This document shows positions 1 to 11,240 of a stretch of DNA of 64,000 nucleotides, piece after piece. The notes below the pieces were generated by a model, which saw nothing but the letters and a program-made list of their open reading frames with translations, ran no database searches and was not told the origin of the DNA. The position numbers and the translations under genes are program-made. The stretch comes from Guillardia theta CCMP2712 (taxonomy: Eukaryota > Protista > Cryptophyta), in NCBI RefSeq assembly GCF_000315625.1, contig NW_005434545.1, positions 3,669-67,668 of the forward strand, given 5' to 3'. Each line of letters begins with the position of its first letter. Position 1 is the first letter of the stretch.

Positions 1-3000
1 CGCGAAGCCGCGCAGACCGTACCGACCAGCAGGCTTATGGTCAAGCAATCAAGCAACAAGCAGCAGGAGCATGCAGGAGGAATAAAATCCCTTAGACGCG
101 ATACCCGGAGGCAGCCGACTGACCACTGTCAGTCGAGACGTCCGCTGCCGCCACAAAGCGGGCGGCCGCGGACGGAGAAAGGGCAGCCGCCGACAAGGAG
201 CCGGCGTTGCCCGGGGGTCCGCCTGGGGCAGCGGACGGAGGGAGGCTGGACACAGGAACACGGTACCGCTCGAGGTAGTCCTCCTCGCTAGCCTCCGAGT
301 CAGCGGTAGCCGAGTCAGTGGTAGCCGCCCGTGACGGCGGCGACGCCGCGGCAATGCCCAAGGACCGGCGTGACCCGACCGATGCCGGGGAGGAAGCAGG
401 CGAGCTCGGACCAGCAGCAAGCACCCCAGTGGTGTCGAGCTCTCCGGAGGCACCCGACGTCACAGTGAGGGACGGAGACGCCTCGCCAGCTCCGCGCCGA
501 TCGTCGGGGCCACTCGAAGGGTGTCCCCCATCGGAGTCGGAGACCTCCGGCGAAGACTCCTCGGGCGACTCGACAAAGTCCGAGGAGGAGCTGTCCTCTG
601 GCTCGAGAAGTGCTTGCGCCCGCAAGGGCGTCATGCGCCTCGCACCAGACAAGAGCGCTTCCAGCGTCAGCTGCATGGTGAGGCGCTGATAGGTGGCGGC
701 GCGTTTGCGAGCCAAGACCTCAGCAGCAGGTCCGTCATCAGGCACGAAGTGCCGACCAAACGCCGCATCCTCAAGAGGCATTGAGCGCTGAGCAATGGCA
801 GAAGGTAAAAAGTGCCTCATGCAAACGTGACAAAGCAGGATCAAGCTGAACCGGCAGGCACACAGTCCACAGCGAGAAGCGGCACAATCACACACAAAAC
901 ACAAGCCCGAAAAGAACCAGCACTGCTGGCACCCAGACGCGGCAGCGCCAGCCCAAGCGCGAAGCCGCGCAGACAAGCAGCCTAAGCGCTGAGCAACGAT
1001 GTCCGCCAGATACCAGATGAAGCGGAGGGTGTCAGGATGCAGGGTACCGTCGAGATGGCAAGAGGGATGAACGCTCGAGGAGGAGTAGTCATGGCATATG
1101 CAGCGCGATGTTTGCGAATCTTCTCAGACGCTGCAACATAGGCTAGGTCACATAGGATTTACTGGCAGAAGGTAAAAAGTGCCTCAAGCAAAACAAAGCA
1201 GGAACAAGCTGAACCGGCAGGCACACAGTCCACAGCGAGAAGCTGCACAATCACACACAAAACACAAGCCCGAAAAGAACCAGCACTGCTGGCACCCAGA
1301 CGCGGCAGCGCCAGCCCAAGCGCGAAGCCGCGCAGACAAGCAGCCTAAGGGTCAAGCAATCAAGCAACAAGCAGCAGGAGCAAGCAGGAGGAAGAAAATC
1401 CCTTAGACGCGATACCCGGAGGCAGCCGACTGACCACTGTCAGTCGAGACGTCCGCTGCCGCCACAAAGCGGGCGGCCGCGGACGGAGAAAGGGCAGCCG
1501 CCGACAAGGAGCCGGCGTTGCCCGGGGGTCCGCCTGGGGCAGCGGACGGAGGGAGGCTGGACACAGGAACACGGTACCGCTCGAGGTAGTCCTCCTCGCT
1601 AGGTAGTGGATTTACTGGCAGAAGGTAAAAAGTGCCTCAAGCAAAACAAAGCAGGAACAAGCTAAACCTCCAGGGCACACAGCGCACAGCGAGAAGCTGC
1701 ACAATCACACACAAAACACAAGCCCGAAAAGAACCAGCACTGCTGGCACCCAGACGCGGCAGCGCCAGCCCAAGCGCGAAGCCGCGCAGACAAGCAGCCG
1801 AAGGGTCAGGCAAACAAGCAACGGTTGAAGCAGCATGGAGGGCGTCGAGGTTGACCTCCCAACTTGGTCAGGTCGGCAGAGCTACCAATGTAAGGGTGGA
1901 CCAACGTCACAAAAAGGAAGCGGGGATAGCTCTTGTGGTCTCACCACTCGGAAGTTTAGCTTGTTCCTGCTTTGTTCTGCTTGCATAGGATTTACTGGCA
2001 GAAGGTAAAAAGTGCCTCATGCTTGAGGCACTTTTTACCTTCTGCCAGTAAATCCATTGACTGTCAGTCGAGACGTCCGCTGCCGCCACAAAGCGGGCGG
2101 CCGCGGACGGAGAAAGGTAATGGAAAGGGCAGCCGCCGACAAGGAGCCGGCGTTGCCCGGGGGTCCGCCTGGGGCAGCGGACGGAGGGAGGCTGGACACG
2201 GGAACACGGTACCGCTCGAGGTAGTCCTCCTCGTTCCTGCTTTGTTTTGCTTGAGGCACTTTTTCCCTTCTGCCAGTAAATCCATTTCCTCGCTAGCCTC
2301 CGAGTCAGCGGGGCAGTCAGCGGTAGCCGAGTCAGCGGTAGCCGCCCGTGACGGCGGCGACGCCGCGGCAATGCCCAAGGACCGGCGTGACCCGACCGAT
2401 GCCGGGGAGGAAGCAGGCGAGCTCGGACCAGCAGCTGAATATCCCCCTTCTTTTTGCGGCCATGAGGATGGGAGGGTACCTGCCGTCGAGACCGAGGATC
2501 CCCGACTGTATCGATGACGCTCTGAAGACCAGCTTCGTTCAGCATTGACCAGCTTGGAGGATCGGCGTTTGTAGGTCTGGAGATGATGTGCAGCAACGGA
2601 GGGGTCGAGCTCGCGCTGACATCCATCACATTCCGTCGGACACTGGCAGATCGGCATGCCATGGAGATAGCAGTCGAGCATCTGAGCATAGCGGTGCGGG
2701 AAGGCCTTGAGGGGTAGTAGCTCGAGACTCGCATCGGAGAGTGGCTCAGGTCCCGCTCAGGAAAATGAGCGAAGATGGTAGACTGCAAGACCCTATCCTG
2801 CGACTTGACGATGGACCTGCTGCAGAGAGACAATGGATTTACTGGCAGAAGGGAAAAAGTGCCTCAAGCAAAACAAGCAGGAACAAGCTAAACCTCCAGG
2901 CACACAGCACACAGCGAGAAGCTGCACAATGCAGAGGTCGTGAACTCGTCCCCTCCTCGTCCCTTCCCCCCCGGTCCTCCTCACTGGGGGGACTGGATGC

Positions 3001-3060
3001 GTCACCAGGAACAAGCAAGAATTTACACGCACAGAACACACAGCGAAATAAAAGCTGACA
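1..3060 (-). mobile_element. Nested cluster of 5'-truncated RLE-type (CRE-like) non-LTR retrotransposon fragments; may extend left of the window
   Basis: Minus-strand fragments encode a CCHC-like knuckle (ECDGCQRELDPSVAAHHLQT, ~2575-2635) and restriction-like endonuclease pieces: RKKKGDI (~2438), VTLVHPYIGSS and LDALHAAS (1820-1910), AASEKIRKHRAAY..FIPLAIS..GTLHPDTLRFIWYLADIVAQR (985-1140). The ORF tail ends at 92. The 3'UTR ending ...TTCTGCCAGTAAATCC recurs about 7 times, and several copies are flanked by 6-12 bp direct repeats. Confidence 0.72.
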
Positions 3061-3119
3061 GGCCGCAATAACCAAAGTCAGGGACACGACTGATCTCGTG
3101 ACGCTCGAGGTTTTTATGC

Positions 3120-6100
3120 TCATTTCTTCATCACGTGTCGATTTACAACTGATGGTAACGCCCTTGATGGAGCTATGGAGAACAGAGGATGAGAACAGCT
3201 AAGGAGAGCAGCTACGTCTTCTTCTTCCGTGCTTCGCGTTCTCTCTTTCGAAGTACCTGGGAGCTTGTCACTCTCCTCCTTCGCTCCTCTTCTCCTTGCC
3301 TTGTTCTTCATCGTATCGCCAGCATGGCCTCCTCGGCGCATCTTCTGCTCGCTTCCACTTTGAAATCTGCGGCCAGTCAGAACGATACCAGGAATCAGTA
3401 GCAGGTGACGGGTTGTCGGCTCCTTGAGTGGGCTTGAAGATCTTCTTTTCCCGAACTTTCTTGACCTAAAAGGGGCAAGGTGAGTCCTCCATCTGCCCCT
3501 CTTCTCTCCTCCTACTCTTCTTCCGTTCCGCCTCCCCCCTGCTCCTCTTTCTTTCACACACCTTGCCCTCATCGTAGGCTTCATCCCATGAGTCCCTCCA
3601 TCGCTTCGATCCTCGCAGCTCTTTCGTCCGTAGCAGCTGCTGCTGTTCGTCTGCGAGCTCTTTTACTTCCTGCACGCGAGCAGTGAGCGCGGCAAGAGAC
3701 GCGGACGAGTCGACTCACTCCTCCCCAGTTGTCCACATGCACCTGATACTGCCCACCTCTCACTCCCATGACTTCCTTTAGACCCTCCGTACTCCACGTT
3801 GCCCCTCGCTGCGCGACGGAGCCATTGAGGGTCAGCAGAAGAGGAGGCCGGGAGCTTGACGAGCTCTCTCTCGCGTCCTCACTTAGAGAGTCGTCAGGCT
3901 CGTCGCTCTGTGAGCTCGTAGCTTCTCGATCGCTGCTGCTGCTGCGCCAGCCCCTCCCCTCGGCTGCCTCTTTCTGGCCCGATAACGTAACAGACACTGC
4001 AGCCAGGATCTCCGGTTCCTCGAGATGAGCGACCGAAGGCTTACTCGAGGTCCCAGCATCCTCGCCATGCTGCTTGCAAGCAAGCTCGTCAAGGTCTGCC
4101 GGGAGGAGTCTCTACTGTCGTCAGATGAAGTTTCTTCACCCGCATCTTCGGAGCCTTCGGAATCAGAAGGCGCGAAAGATGCATCCTCCTCCGAGTCTTC
4201 ATCCTCCGAGTCCTCATCGTCCTTCTCTTCGCGCGTCTTAGCAGAAGAGCTTTCCTCGTCATCCGAGGACTCTATGTCGCTCATGCCATTTGAGTTCATC
4301 ACCTGCTGGACTTGATCTTGAGCTCGAGAGCTCTCCTGCACGCCATTCTTCATCTCGTCATTTTTCAGTCCGGGGGACAGCCGCATCTTCTCGAGAAAGC
4401 TCGGAGAGATGCTGATGGGAGGCAGCTGAGCCTTCAGCAGGGGACTCGCGCCAGCCTTGGGGGTGAGCGCGGGGCTTGTGATGCTTGCTGCATTCAACTT
4501 GAGAATGGGTTGATGACACGCCACCTTACCGTCAGGTTGCTGCACGTAGAAGAGCATGTACGCCTGCTGCCGCGCGACTGCGCTGTAGGAGACCTGAATG
4601 GGCGATGAGAAGCCGCGGAGAGAGTGAAACTGACCTGACGGACGCTATCGTCGTCCATCTCGTACCATACTCCGTTGGAGTTCTTCACAAAGGCATAGTA
4701 GTGGCCACTCTTCATCGAGTGTCCGCTATGCACGACCACGCCGTAAAGGCTTGAGATGACAAGTCAAAGTCATGGCAACAGGAGGAGCGAGGGACTCACT
4801 TGTAACGACTGCCAGCCTTCTCTCCTTCACTCATGTAAGGATCGAGCTGCAGCGTCTGCTCGAACTGAACGACAAGTCACCAAACAGACTCAGACGCTTC
4901 CCTTCTACCATGACGTGCTTGCTCAACTTACAGCTGTTGCCGCTCCAAGATGTTTCAAACCTCTTGAGATGAAGTTGAAGGACGAGTGGAGCTCTGTTGA
5001 ATGTGAGGGAGATATCATCGCGACCGCTCACACCTACCTGTGAACTGAAAACCTCTTTGTTGCTCGTGTCTTGCAGCCACAGTGAGAGCACTTGTACCTG
5101 GTCAAGACTCTTAGCGACCGCTGCTCCAACCGCCATTCCTCACTTGTTGTTTCCGTCTAGAATTTCTGGTTTTGTGAAAAGTCGGAGAGCATCTGTGATA
5201 TTGTCTGCCTTCTTGATTTCAAGAGAAAGATCTGCAGTGAGCATCCGATCATATCAGAGAAAGCAAGTCTCTTGGCTTCAAGCTCCTCACCAAGAAAGGC
5301 ATCATAAGTGTTGGAATTGTACCGACAGGTCTCGCAGCGGACTTGACTCCTCAGATGGCCCCCGAAGATTCCATGCACCAGCCCTTCAAGCCCATCACCG
5401 TCTCGCAAGCAGCGCCTCATCTCTCACCCACCTGTCTGTGCCGCACGAGAATACGGAGACTCGGTGAATCGGCAGGCTGCGAGGTCGGCGAGGTGCATGG
5501 CTTCCATCAAGAGCCTCGTGAACTCATGAGCATCTTCCTGCCGCCCCAACCGCAAACGAGCTCCAATCTTGCGAAAGGAGTTGACGATGTTGCTTGGCTT
5601 CAGCACTCCCTGCGTGCAGCGAGAGGAGGTGATGATGTGTCTCTCAACCTCTTTCAGCGCGTCGAACTTCCCCTGACCGTCTCTGGTGATCTGAGAGGAA
5701 AAGGTCAAGAGGCGAGGCACTGGCAGTTAGCTTTTCACCCTCTTAGAGTGCTCTTGTGCTTTGCAGAGGTTTGCAAGGGGAGGAGTGTATGTCAGACACT
5801 GCAGCACCGCGTTGCAGAAGCAAGTGTTGCCCACATTCAACAAGCCAGGCCCGATCTTATTCACATGCTTCCAGTTCAGGACGCGAAGCAGTCGGATCTT
5901 GGGGTACAGGTGATGTTCGGGCTCTTCGAACTGATCGCCTTCAAGCTTCCGAGGCATTTTAATCGCCTTACTGTGGTTGGCCACTGAGGGCTGATTCAAC
6001 GACGAGTCCAACACGATCGAATTTTCTTGCCGTTTGGCTGGAATGAAATTTATCTTGCGGTGCAAGTATTGTCTTTTTCCTCGCAAATCATCATCAATGT

Positions 6101-6167
6101 CTTTAGAGCCTTTCTCGTGCTTCTTTTTGTGCAAGTTTTTTTTGACAAATACTGTAGGAATTCCCAT
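3120..6167 (-). CDS. Ubiquitin-specific protease (peptidase C19), USP36/USP42/UBP23-like; multi-exon
   Basis: Cys box [25 protein letters not shown], His box [22 protein letters not shown], and C-terminal [13 protein letters not shown] after splicing. Confidence 0.92.
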
Positions 6168-6499
6168 TCTGTTTCCCAGTTAGCGATCGTAACAGAAGTA
6201 ACGAACACCTCCTACATTCGTTCAGAGAATCTAGTCCCGATCACGTGTGCACATACATCGTCACTGCGGAAAAACAAGTCAGTGCTGCGTCACAAATTTC
6301 TTCGATGATTCAGAGTAGCACATAGAGGAAAGTACCTTGACAGACACTACTGCACGTCGACATGTCAAAGAGCTGGGGGTCAAAAGTACTGCTGCAACAA
6401 GGTTCATCTTTAAAGACTTGGAGGAGATCAGAAAATTCGGTCAGGCGCTTCCTATCATCTCTCCTCACTTTCCCCCTCACAACCGTCAGGGAGTCGTTT

Positions 6500-6790
6500 G
6501 ATCCTCCTTCCCTTCCTTTCTGTATTCTTCCCTTCTATTCTTTTCTGTTCTGTCCTTTATATCCTCTCCTCTCCTCTCCTCTCCTCTCCTCTCTTGAGCT
6601 CCTCTGGTTTCTTCGTCTGGTCCCATCACTTCTTTCTCATCTTCTAACCTGCTGTTATCTCTTCTTGCCTTCTCTCCCATTCCCTTGTCCCTGACCTCTC
6701 CTGCCCTCTGCGGTCTTCTCTTCGCCTCCCCTCTCCTCTGTTCTCCCTTCCTCTCCTCCCCTCCATCTCTACTTTCTCTTTCGCAGGGAA
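6500..6790. repeat. CT-rich low-complexity tract
   Basis: Polypyrimidine (CTCTC/CCT) runs. Confidence 0.7.
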
Positions 6791-7581
6791 TCCGCACATG
6801 CATCTTCTGCGGTCTATCACCCCTACCCTGTTTCCACACTCTTCACCCCCTCAATCATTTCCATAACCCCACCCTCGTTGAATCATACTGCATGAAATCA
6901 TGTTAAATTGACCCCTTCTTTTGTCACCCCACCACCATTATTCGAACATTTACCACCCCCTACCCATTCCGAGATGTACGACCAAAAGAGTCTGATGGAA
7001 CAAAGACTCGCCCGGCCCCGGCGGCCCCTCAGTCAAGTTACTCCGAGTCAGTGATTGAGTCGCTTGCCAGACCAATCCGTCACCCGGGCCCGCGGCCCGG
7101 TCCGAGGCCGCTAGTGTCGGAGCCTTCAAGGCCCTGGCTTAAGTCAGTACTATATCCCGCCGCTTGTGAGCGTTTGCAAGTCCGATCGGAGAACGAGGCC
7201 GAGAGACCATCAGGCTGGCCCCAGCGTCGGAGGCTGCCGTTTCGCCCGGCCCGTGCCAAGAAGTTCGCCGAGCGATCCGCCAGCCACCGTGGCACCCGGC
7301 AGAGAGAGAAGCCGTCAGGCTCCGGGCTCGTAACTTTAGTAAACTCGGAAAGCGCAACGCCCGGGTCACCGGTGACGCCCGGCCGCGGCACTCCAAATAT
7401 TGAATCTCGGCTGAGAGAACCGCCAGTACCGGTGCATGCGAGTGAAAAAGTACCGGTGATTTCGAGCACTGAGTACCGGTGATTTAGAGCTCAGAGGGAC
7501 CGGTGAACTACAAAGACATGCAGTGGAGGTGGTGAACATGAGGCTTGATGGTAGAGCTTGTTCGGCTGAATCTTGCTCGTG

Positions 7582-9769
7582 ATGATCGCTCAAAAGTTCC
7601 TCCTCCTCTTGTACCTCCTCCTCCTCCTCCTTCCTCGCGTTCACTCCTCTCTTGGTCTCTCCGGCGGTCAATCGTCAGTTTCTTTCTGCGTCACAGACAA
7701 GTCAACCTCCCAGGTCAGCCGAATCTTGCTTGATGCGTTTGATGCGCTTGCAGTTGTTTTACCTCACAGACCTCACGTCTCCCCTCCTCGGCCAGACTCT
7801 ATCAGAGGAACAATTCTCGCAGGGAAAGCTCATTCTAGGAGGAGGAGTCCTTCCCGACTTCAAGCTTCAGTTACTCAGTGCCGACAACAAATATGTCGTG
7901 GAAGACAACATCAATTGGAGTTTCGTCGCCCATAGACGGCAGATTGAGTACTTCAACACCATAGATCGCATGACAAGGGATGCAGCGCTTGCATCTTCTT
8001 CCTACTTGTCTGTTGTACCCATCGGGCTGGCAGGGGCGTCGAACCAAGATCCGAGGCAGCAAACCTCGTTGCCTGACGCGCAGAGGAGCATGAAGCCAAC
8101 ACGAGACAACGAGCCCCAGGCCTTCGCTCCTCGCGTGCCACGATTGTGGCCAACCATCGCCGACGCTATCCGCAAGTCTTCCAAGATGAGAGATGAGGGA
8201 GGTGGTGGAGAGGAGCGAGTGACAATCAGCAGCATCTCACGCTTTGTGGTTTCTCTGCTCCGGTATAAAGTGCGAGTGATGGAAGAAGAGACGCACTACA
8301 TGAGCAGTGTCAACTTGCAGGAGATGCGGCGCAAGTCACAGGATGCTCATCCTGACTTGAGGGAAGGACAACTGCGAGCGGACCTTCCGCATTCCTACGT
8401 CAGTGAGATTCACTACGGTCACCGCCTTCTGGTTTCAGCCAACGTGTCGCTTGCTATCAACCCGAGCGATCCTCCTCTAGAGTCAAGTCACATCGCTCAC
8501 AACCTCATGCGCGTCGTTGCCAAGGAGCTCAGCGCCTCCACCTTCGATCTCCTCTACCCGCAGGCGAAGATCTTCGCGCGATTCCGATGGGATCCTGACC
8601 TTCCTCCTCCGAGAGAAGCCATCAACAAGATGCTTGCCATGAAGGCTCGTGAAATTCCTCCCTCCCTCCCTCCTCCCCTCCCCTCCCCTCCCCTCCCCTC
8701 CCCTCCCCTCCCTCCCTCTCCCTCCCTCTCCCTCGCTTCCACTCCTTGTCTCGCCCTGCATGCTTTGTTTGTGATCTTCTCCTCTTTTCAGCTTCATCGA
8801 TACGGTGATACCCCAGTAGGGTTCACGGGCTTTAACCATTCGGCTATGGTCTGTCCTCACGGCAGCTTCCGTCGGTGGGTCCTGTCGCACGATGTTTGCT
8901 TCATGTGTGAGTTGAGGGGCAGGTCTAGGCATCTTCTTACCTCGAGGCTCGAGTCATGCCCACTCTCCGACGAGTGGCCCTCCTCCTCTAATGCACACTT
9001 GTCTTGGGTGATGCGAGGAGGAGGAGCCTCGATGCTCCTAGAGAGGATCGACGACTGGCGGATGGCGATGACAGAATCTCCTTCTACCGTCAGGCAGAGT
9101 GTGCCATTGGCGCTTAAGGTTAGAGGAGGAAGGACTCTTGATATTGATGATCCTTGAGGAAGGAGAGAGAGGAAGGAAATTGGCAGCAGACAGCTGAAGT
9201 CAGATGATACCAGGCAAGAAGATCGCTGACGAGCAAAGACGTGAATTTCATGAATGATCAGCTCAAGCGGATCAATGTCTCCAGCCTCTATGAGAAAACA
9301 GAGGACGTGAAGATCAAGTAAGAGGATGGCATTGGAGGAGGCGGGTACTCATGTGCTCCAGGACGGTTCTTCGTAATCTTCAGGATCGACTGCGAGAGAG
9401 AACTTCACTCAGCTACTCTGCCACTACTTGCATGCAATCTTCTCTCCTTCCCCTTCCGATGCTGCTGGTGATCGGCGATCTCCTCGTCTTTCTGTGAGCT
9501 TTTCTCCTTTTCTTTCACGAATCCTTATGACTCTTCACCAGCTCCCTCTCCGTGCTTATTATCTTTTGCGCATGGATCTATTTTCTCACAGGATACTTCT
9601 TGGTACATCTCTTACTTCATTCATCCCTTTCAAGGGTCCACGTGCTTTCCTTCTCGTACTGATCTTCTCATCATTGAGTCTTGATCTTCTGCCTCTTCCC
9701 TCACTTGTCTGCGACAGGCTCGTCTATCCGACTACATTCGGCTTCCTCAGTTCATTTCGGCAAGTCTGA
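7582..9769 (+). CDS. Secreted hypothetical protein with possible MACPF/CDC-like domain; multi-exon
   Basis: Signal peptide MIAQKFLLLLYLLLLLLPRVHS. A GT-AG intron at ~7714-7753 joins it to the long ORF 7652-9157. Motifs PHSYVSEIHYGHRLLV and SVPLALKV are present. The 3' exons are approximate. Confidence 0.65.
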
Positions 9770-9976
9770 TGTCTCGGCCGGCCTTTCTGACACGATATCA
9801 GGTTCGGCCAGTGAGCCTGCGCCTCTACCTTGTCTCTCTCTCCCCCTCCGACCCACACACCCTCTAGTATTCGCTCCTCTTCTCCATGTCCCTCGTTTGT
9901 TTACAATGAACGTAAGGAGGAGCCCAAGTCTGAAAGCGACCCACTCAAATCTTTCTCGCCATTGTCCTCCCATCGT

Positions 9977-10948
9977 CTAGAGGAAAAGCTGCCCCTCCAG
10001 CACCACTGTGGCATGGCCCCTGATCCGGACCTTTTTGCTTGCCCACTCGACCACCAAGTCCAGGTCTCCTCCTCTCGGCGAGCACTGCCGCGCTCTCAGT
10101 TGCGTCCGCTGGAGCTTCTCGGCGAAGTAAGGAGCGAGAACTGAATGAGCAGCCCCTGTCACCGCGTCCTCTGCGATGCCATTCCATGGCGCGAAGTAGC
10201 GAGAGACGAAGTCATAGGGATCACCAGTGCCGAGCAAGCAGATCATGACGCCACGGACCTCGAGGTCAGGCAAAAGAGCTTCTTGATTGACGGCAAGCAA
10301 AGAGGAGGAGGAGGGTACCAAAAGATTCTCCAGGTCATCCCTTGAGAATCTCGCGGAGTCCATCTCGATCAGAAGCTTCTTCGCCCTTGCTGAAATCGAT
10401 ACATCTCTCACTTTGCTCAAACTTTCGGTGGATCCGAGACAGACAGCTGCGATCTCCTCGACGCATACCTGCGCTCCTGCTCCTTGCGGTACCTTCGAGG
10501 GCTCGTTGCAAGGAAGCACAAGCTCAATCTGACCATCATCACAAATTTCGGCTGTCAACTCGCCACTCAACGTGTTGAAGGAGAAGCTCTTGCTCGCATT
10601 CCCTGCCCGTGTCAATGCGGCTACTGCAGCCATCGTTGCATGACCGCAGAGATCGACTTCTCGGGTAGGGGTGAACCATCGCAAGCAGAAGCGATCAGCT
10701 GATTCGAATGATTCGTCGAGGTTTGCGGGAGAGAGGAAGGCGGTTTCCGATAGTGCCATCTCCCCTGCTATGGCCTTCATAACTCCTGCGCTGATGCTCC
10801 ACGTTCGCCCATCCTCCTGCTCCTTGTGGATGGGAGGAGGGAGGAAGCATACGGCAGCAGGGTTTCCACCGAAGGCGCTGCGAGTGAAGGCATCGACTTG
10901 GAAGAGTCTGAGACCAGAGGGACGAGGATGACCGGAGGCTGAAGCCAT
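9977..10948 (-). CDS. PhzF/PBLD-family isomerase (DAP-epimerase-like fold), intronless
   Basis: QVDAF...GGNPAAV, EMALSETAF, LRWFTPTREVDLCGHAT, EDAVTGAAH. Confidence 0.95.
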   Translation of the reverse strand: MASASGHPRPSGLRLFQVDAFTRSAFGGNPAAVCFLPPPIHKEQEDGRTWSISAGVMKAIAGEMALSETAFLSPANLDESFESADRFCLRWFTPTREVDLCGHATMAAVAALTRAGNASKSFSFNTLSGELTAEICDDGQIELVLPCNEPSKVPQGAGAQVCVEEIAAVCLGSTESLSKVRDVSISARAKKLLIEMDSARFSRDDLENLLVPSSSSLLAVNQEALLPDLEVRGVMICLLGTGDPYDFVSRYFAPWNGIAEDAVTGAAHSVLAPYFAEKLQRTQLRARQCSPRGGDLDLVVEWASKKVRIRGHATVVLEGQLFL

Positions 10949-11087
10949 GGAGCTGCAAGCCCTCCGCTCACAAGCCGCCAGCGCCAGGGCAGCCCCGCGA
11001 CCCCAACCTTGCCATCGAGGAGACGCTGGCGCCTTGTTTTTCCAGCCATCTCCCTCCTCTCCGTGTCATCGCACATGAGAGCAGATA

Positions 11088-11240
11088 CTCCCCTCATACC
11101 GCACAGACCCAGCGCCCTCATACAGCCCTCATTCTAGCCCTCATACCGCACAGACCCGGCGCTACCACTGCCCTCATACAGCCTCCTTCTAGCCCTCATA
11201 CCGCACAGACATATGATTCGCCGGGCCCTCATACAGCCCA
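11088..11240. repeat. Short degenerate tandem repeats of GCCCTCATAC(CGC)ACAG
   Basis: About 6 copies of CCCTCATAC upstream of the PhzF gene. Confidence 0.7.

Noticed and set aside
92-976. 294-aa ORF as a host gene
   Set aside because: Chimeric: its Cys-rich N-terminus is a read-through of an inserted 3'UTR copy (796-984) fused to the element ORF tail.
796-2895. Recurring 32-bp core with variable intervening DNA as a CRISPR-like array
   Set aside because: Spacing is irregular, copies occur in both orientations, intervening DNA is itself repeated, and there are no cas genes. TSDs show the core is a retroelement 3' end.
1-3060. Intact autonomous retrotransposon
   Set aside because: No reverse-transcriptase motifs (e.g. 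YxDD) were recognised, only C-terminal and UTR fragments with frameshifts.
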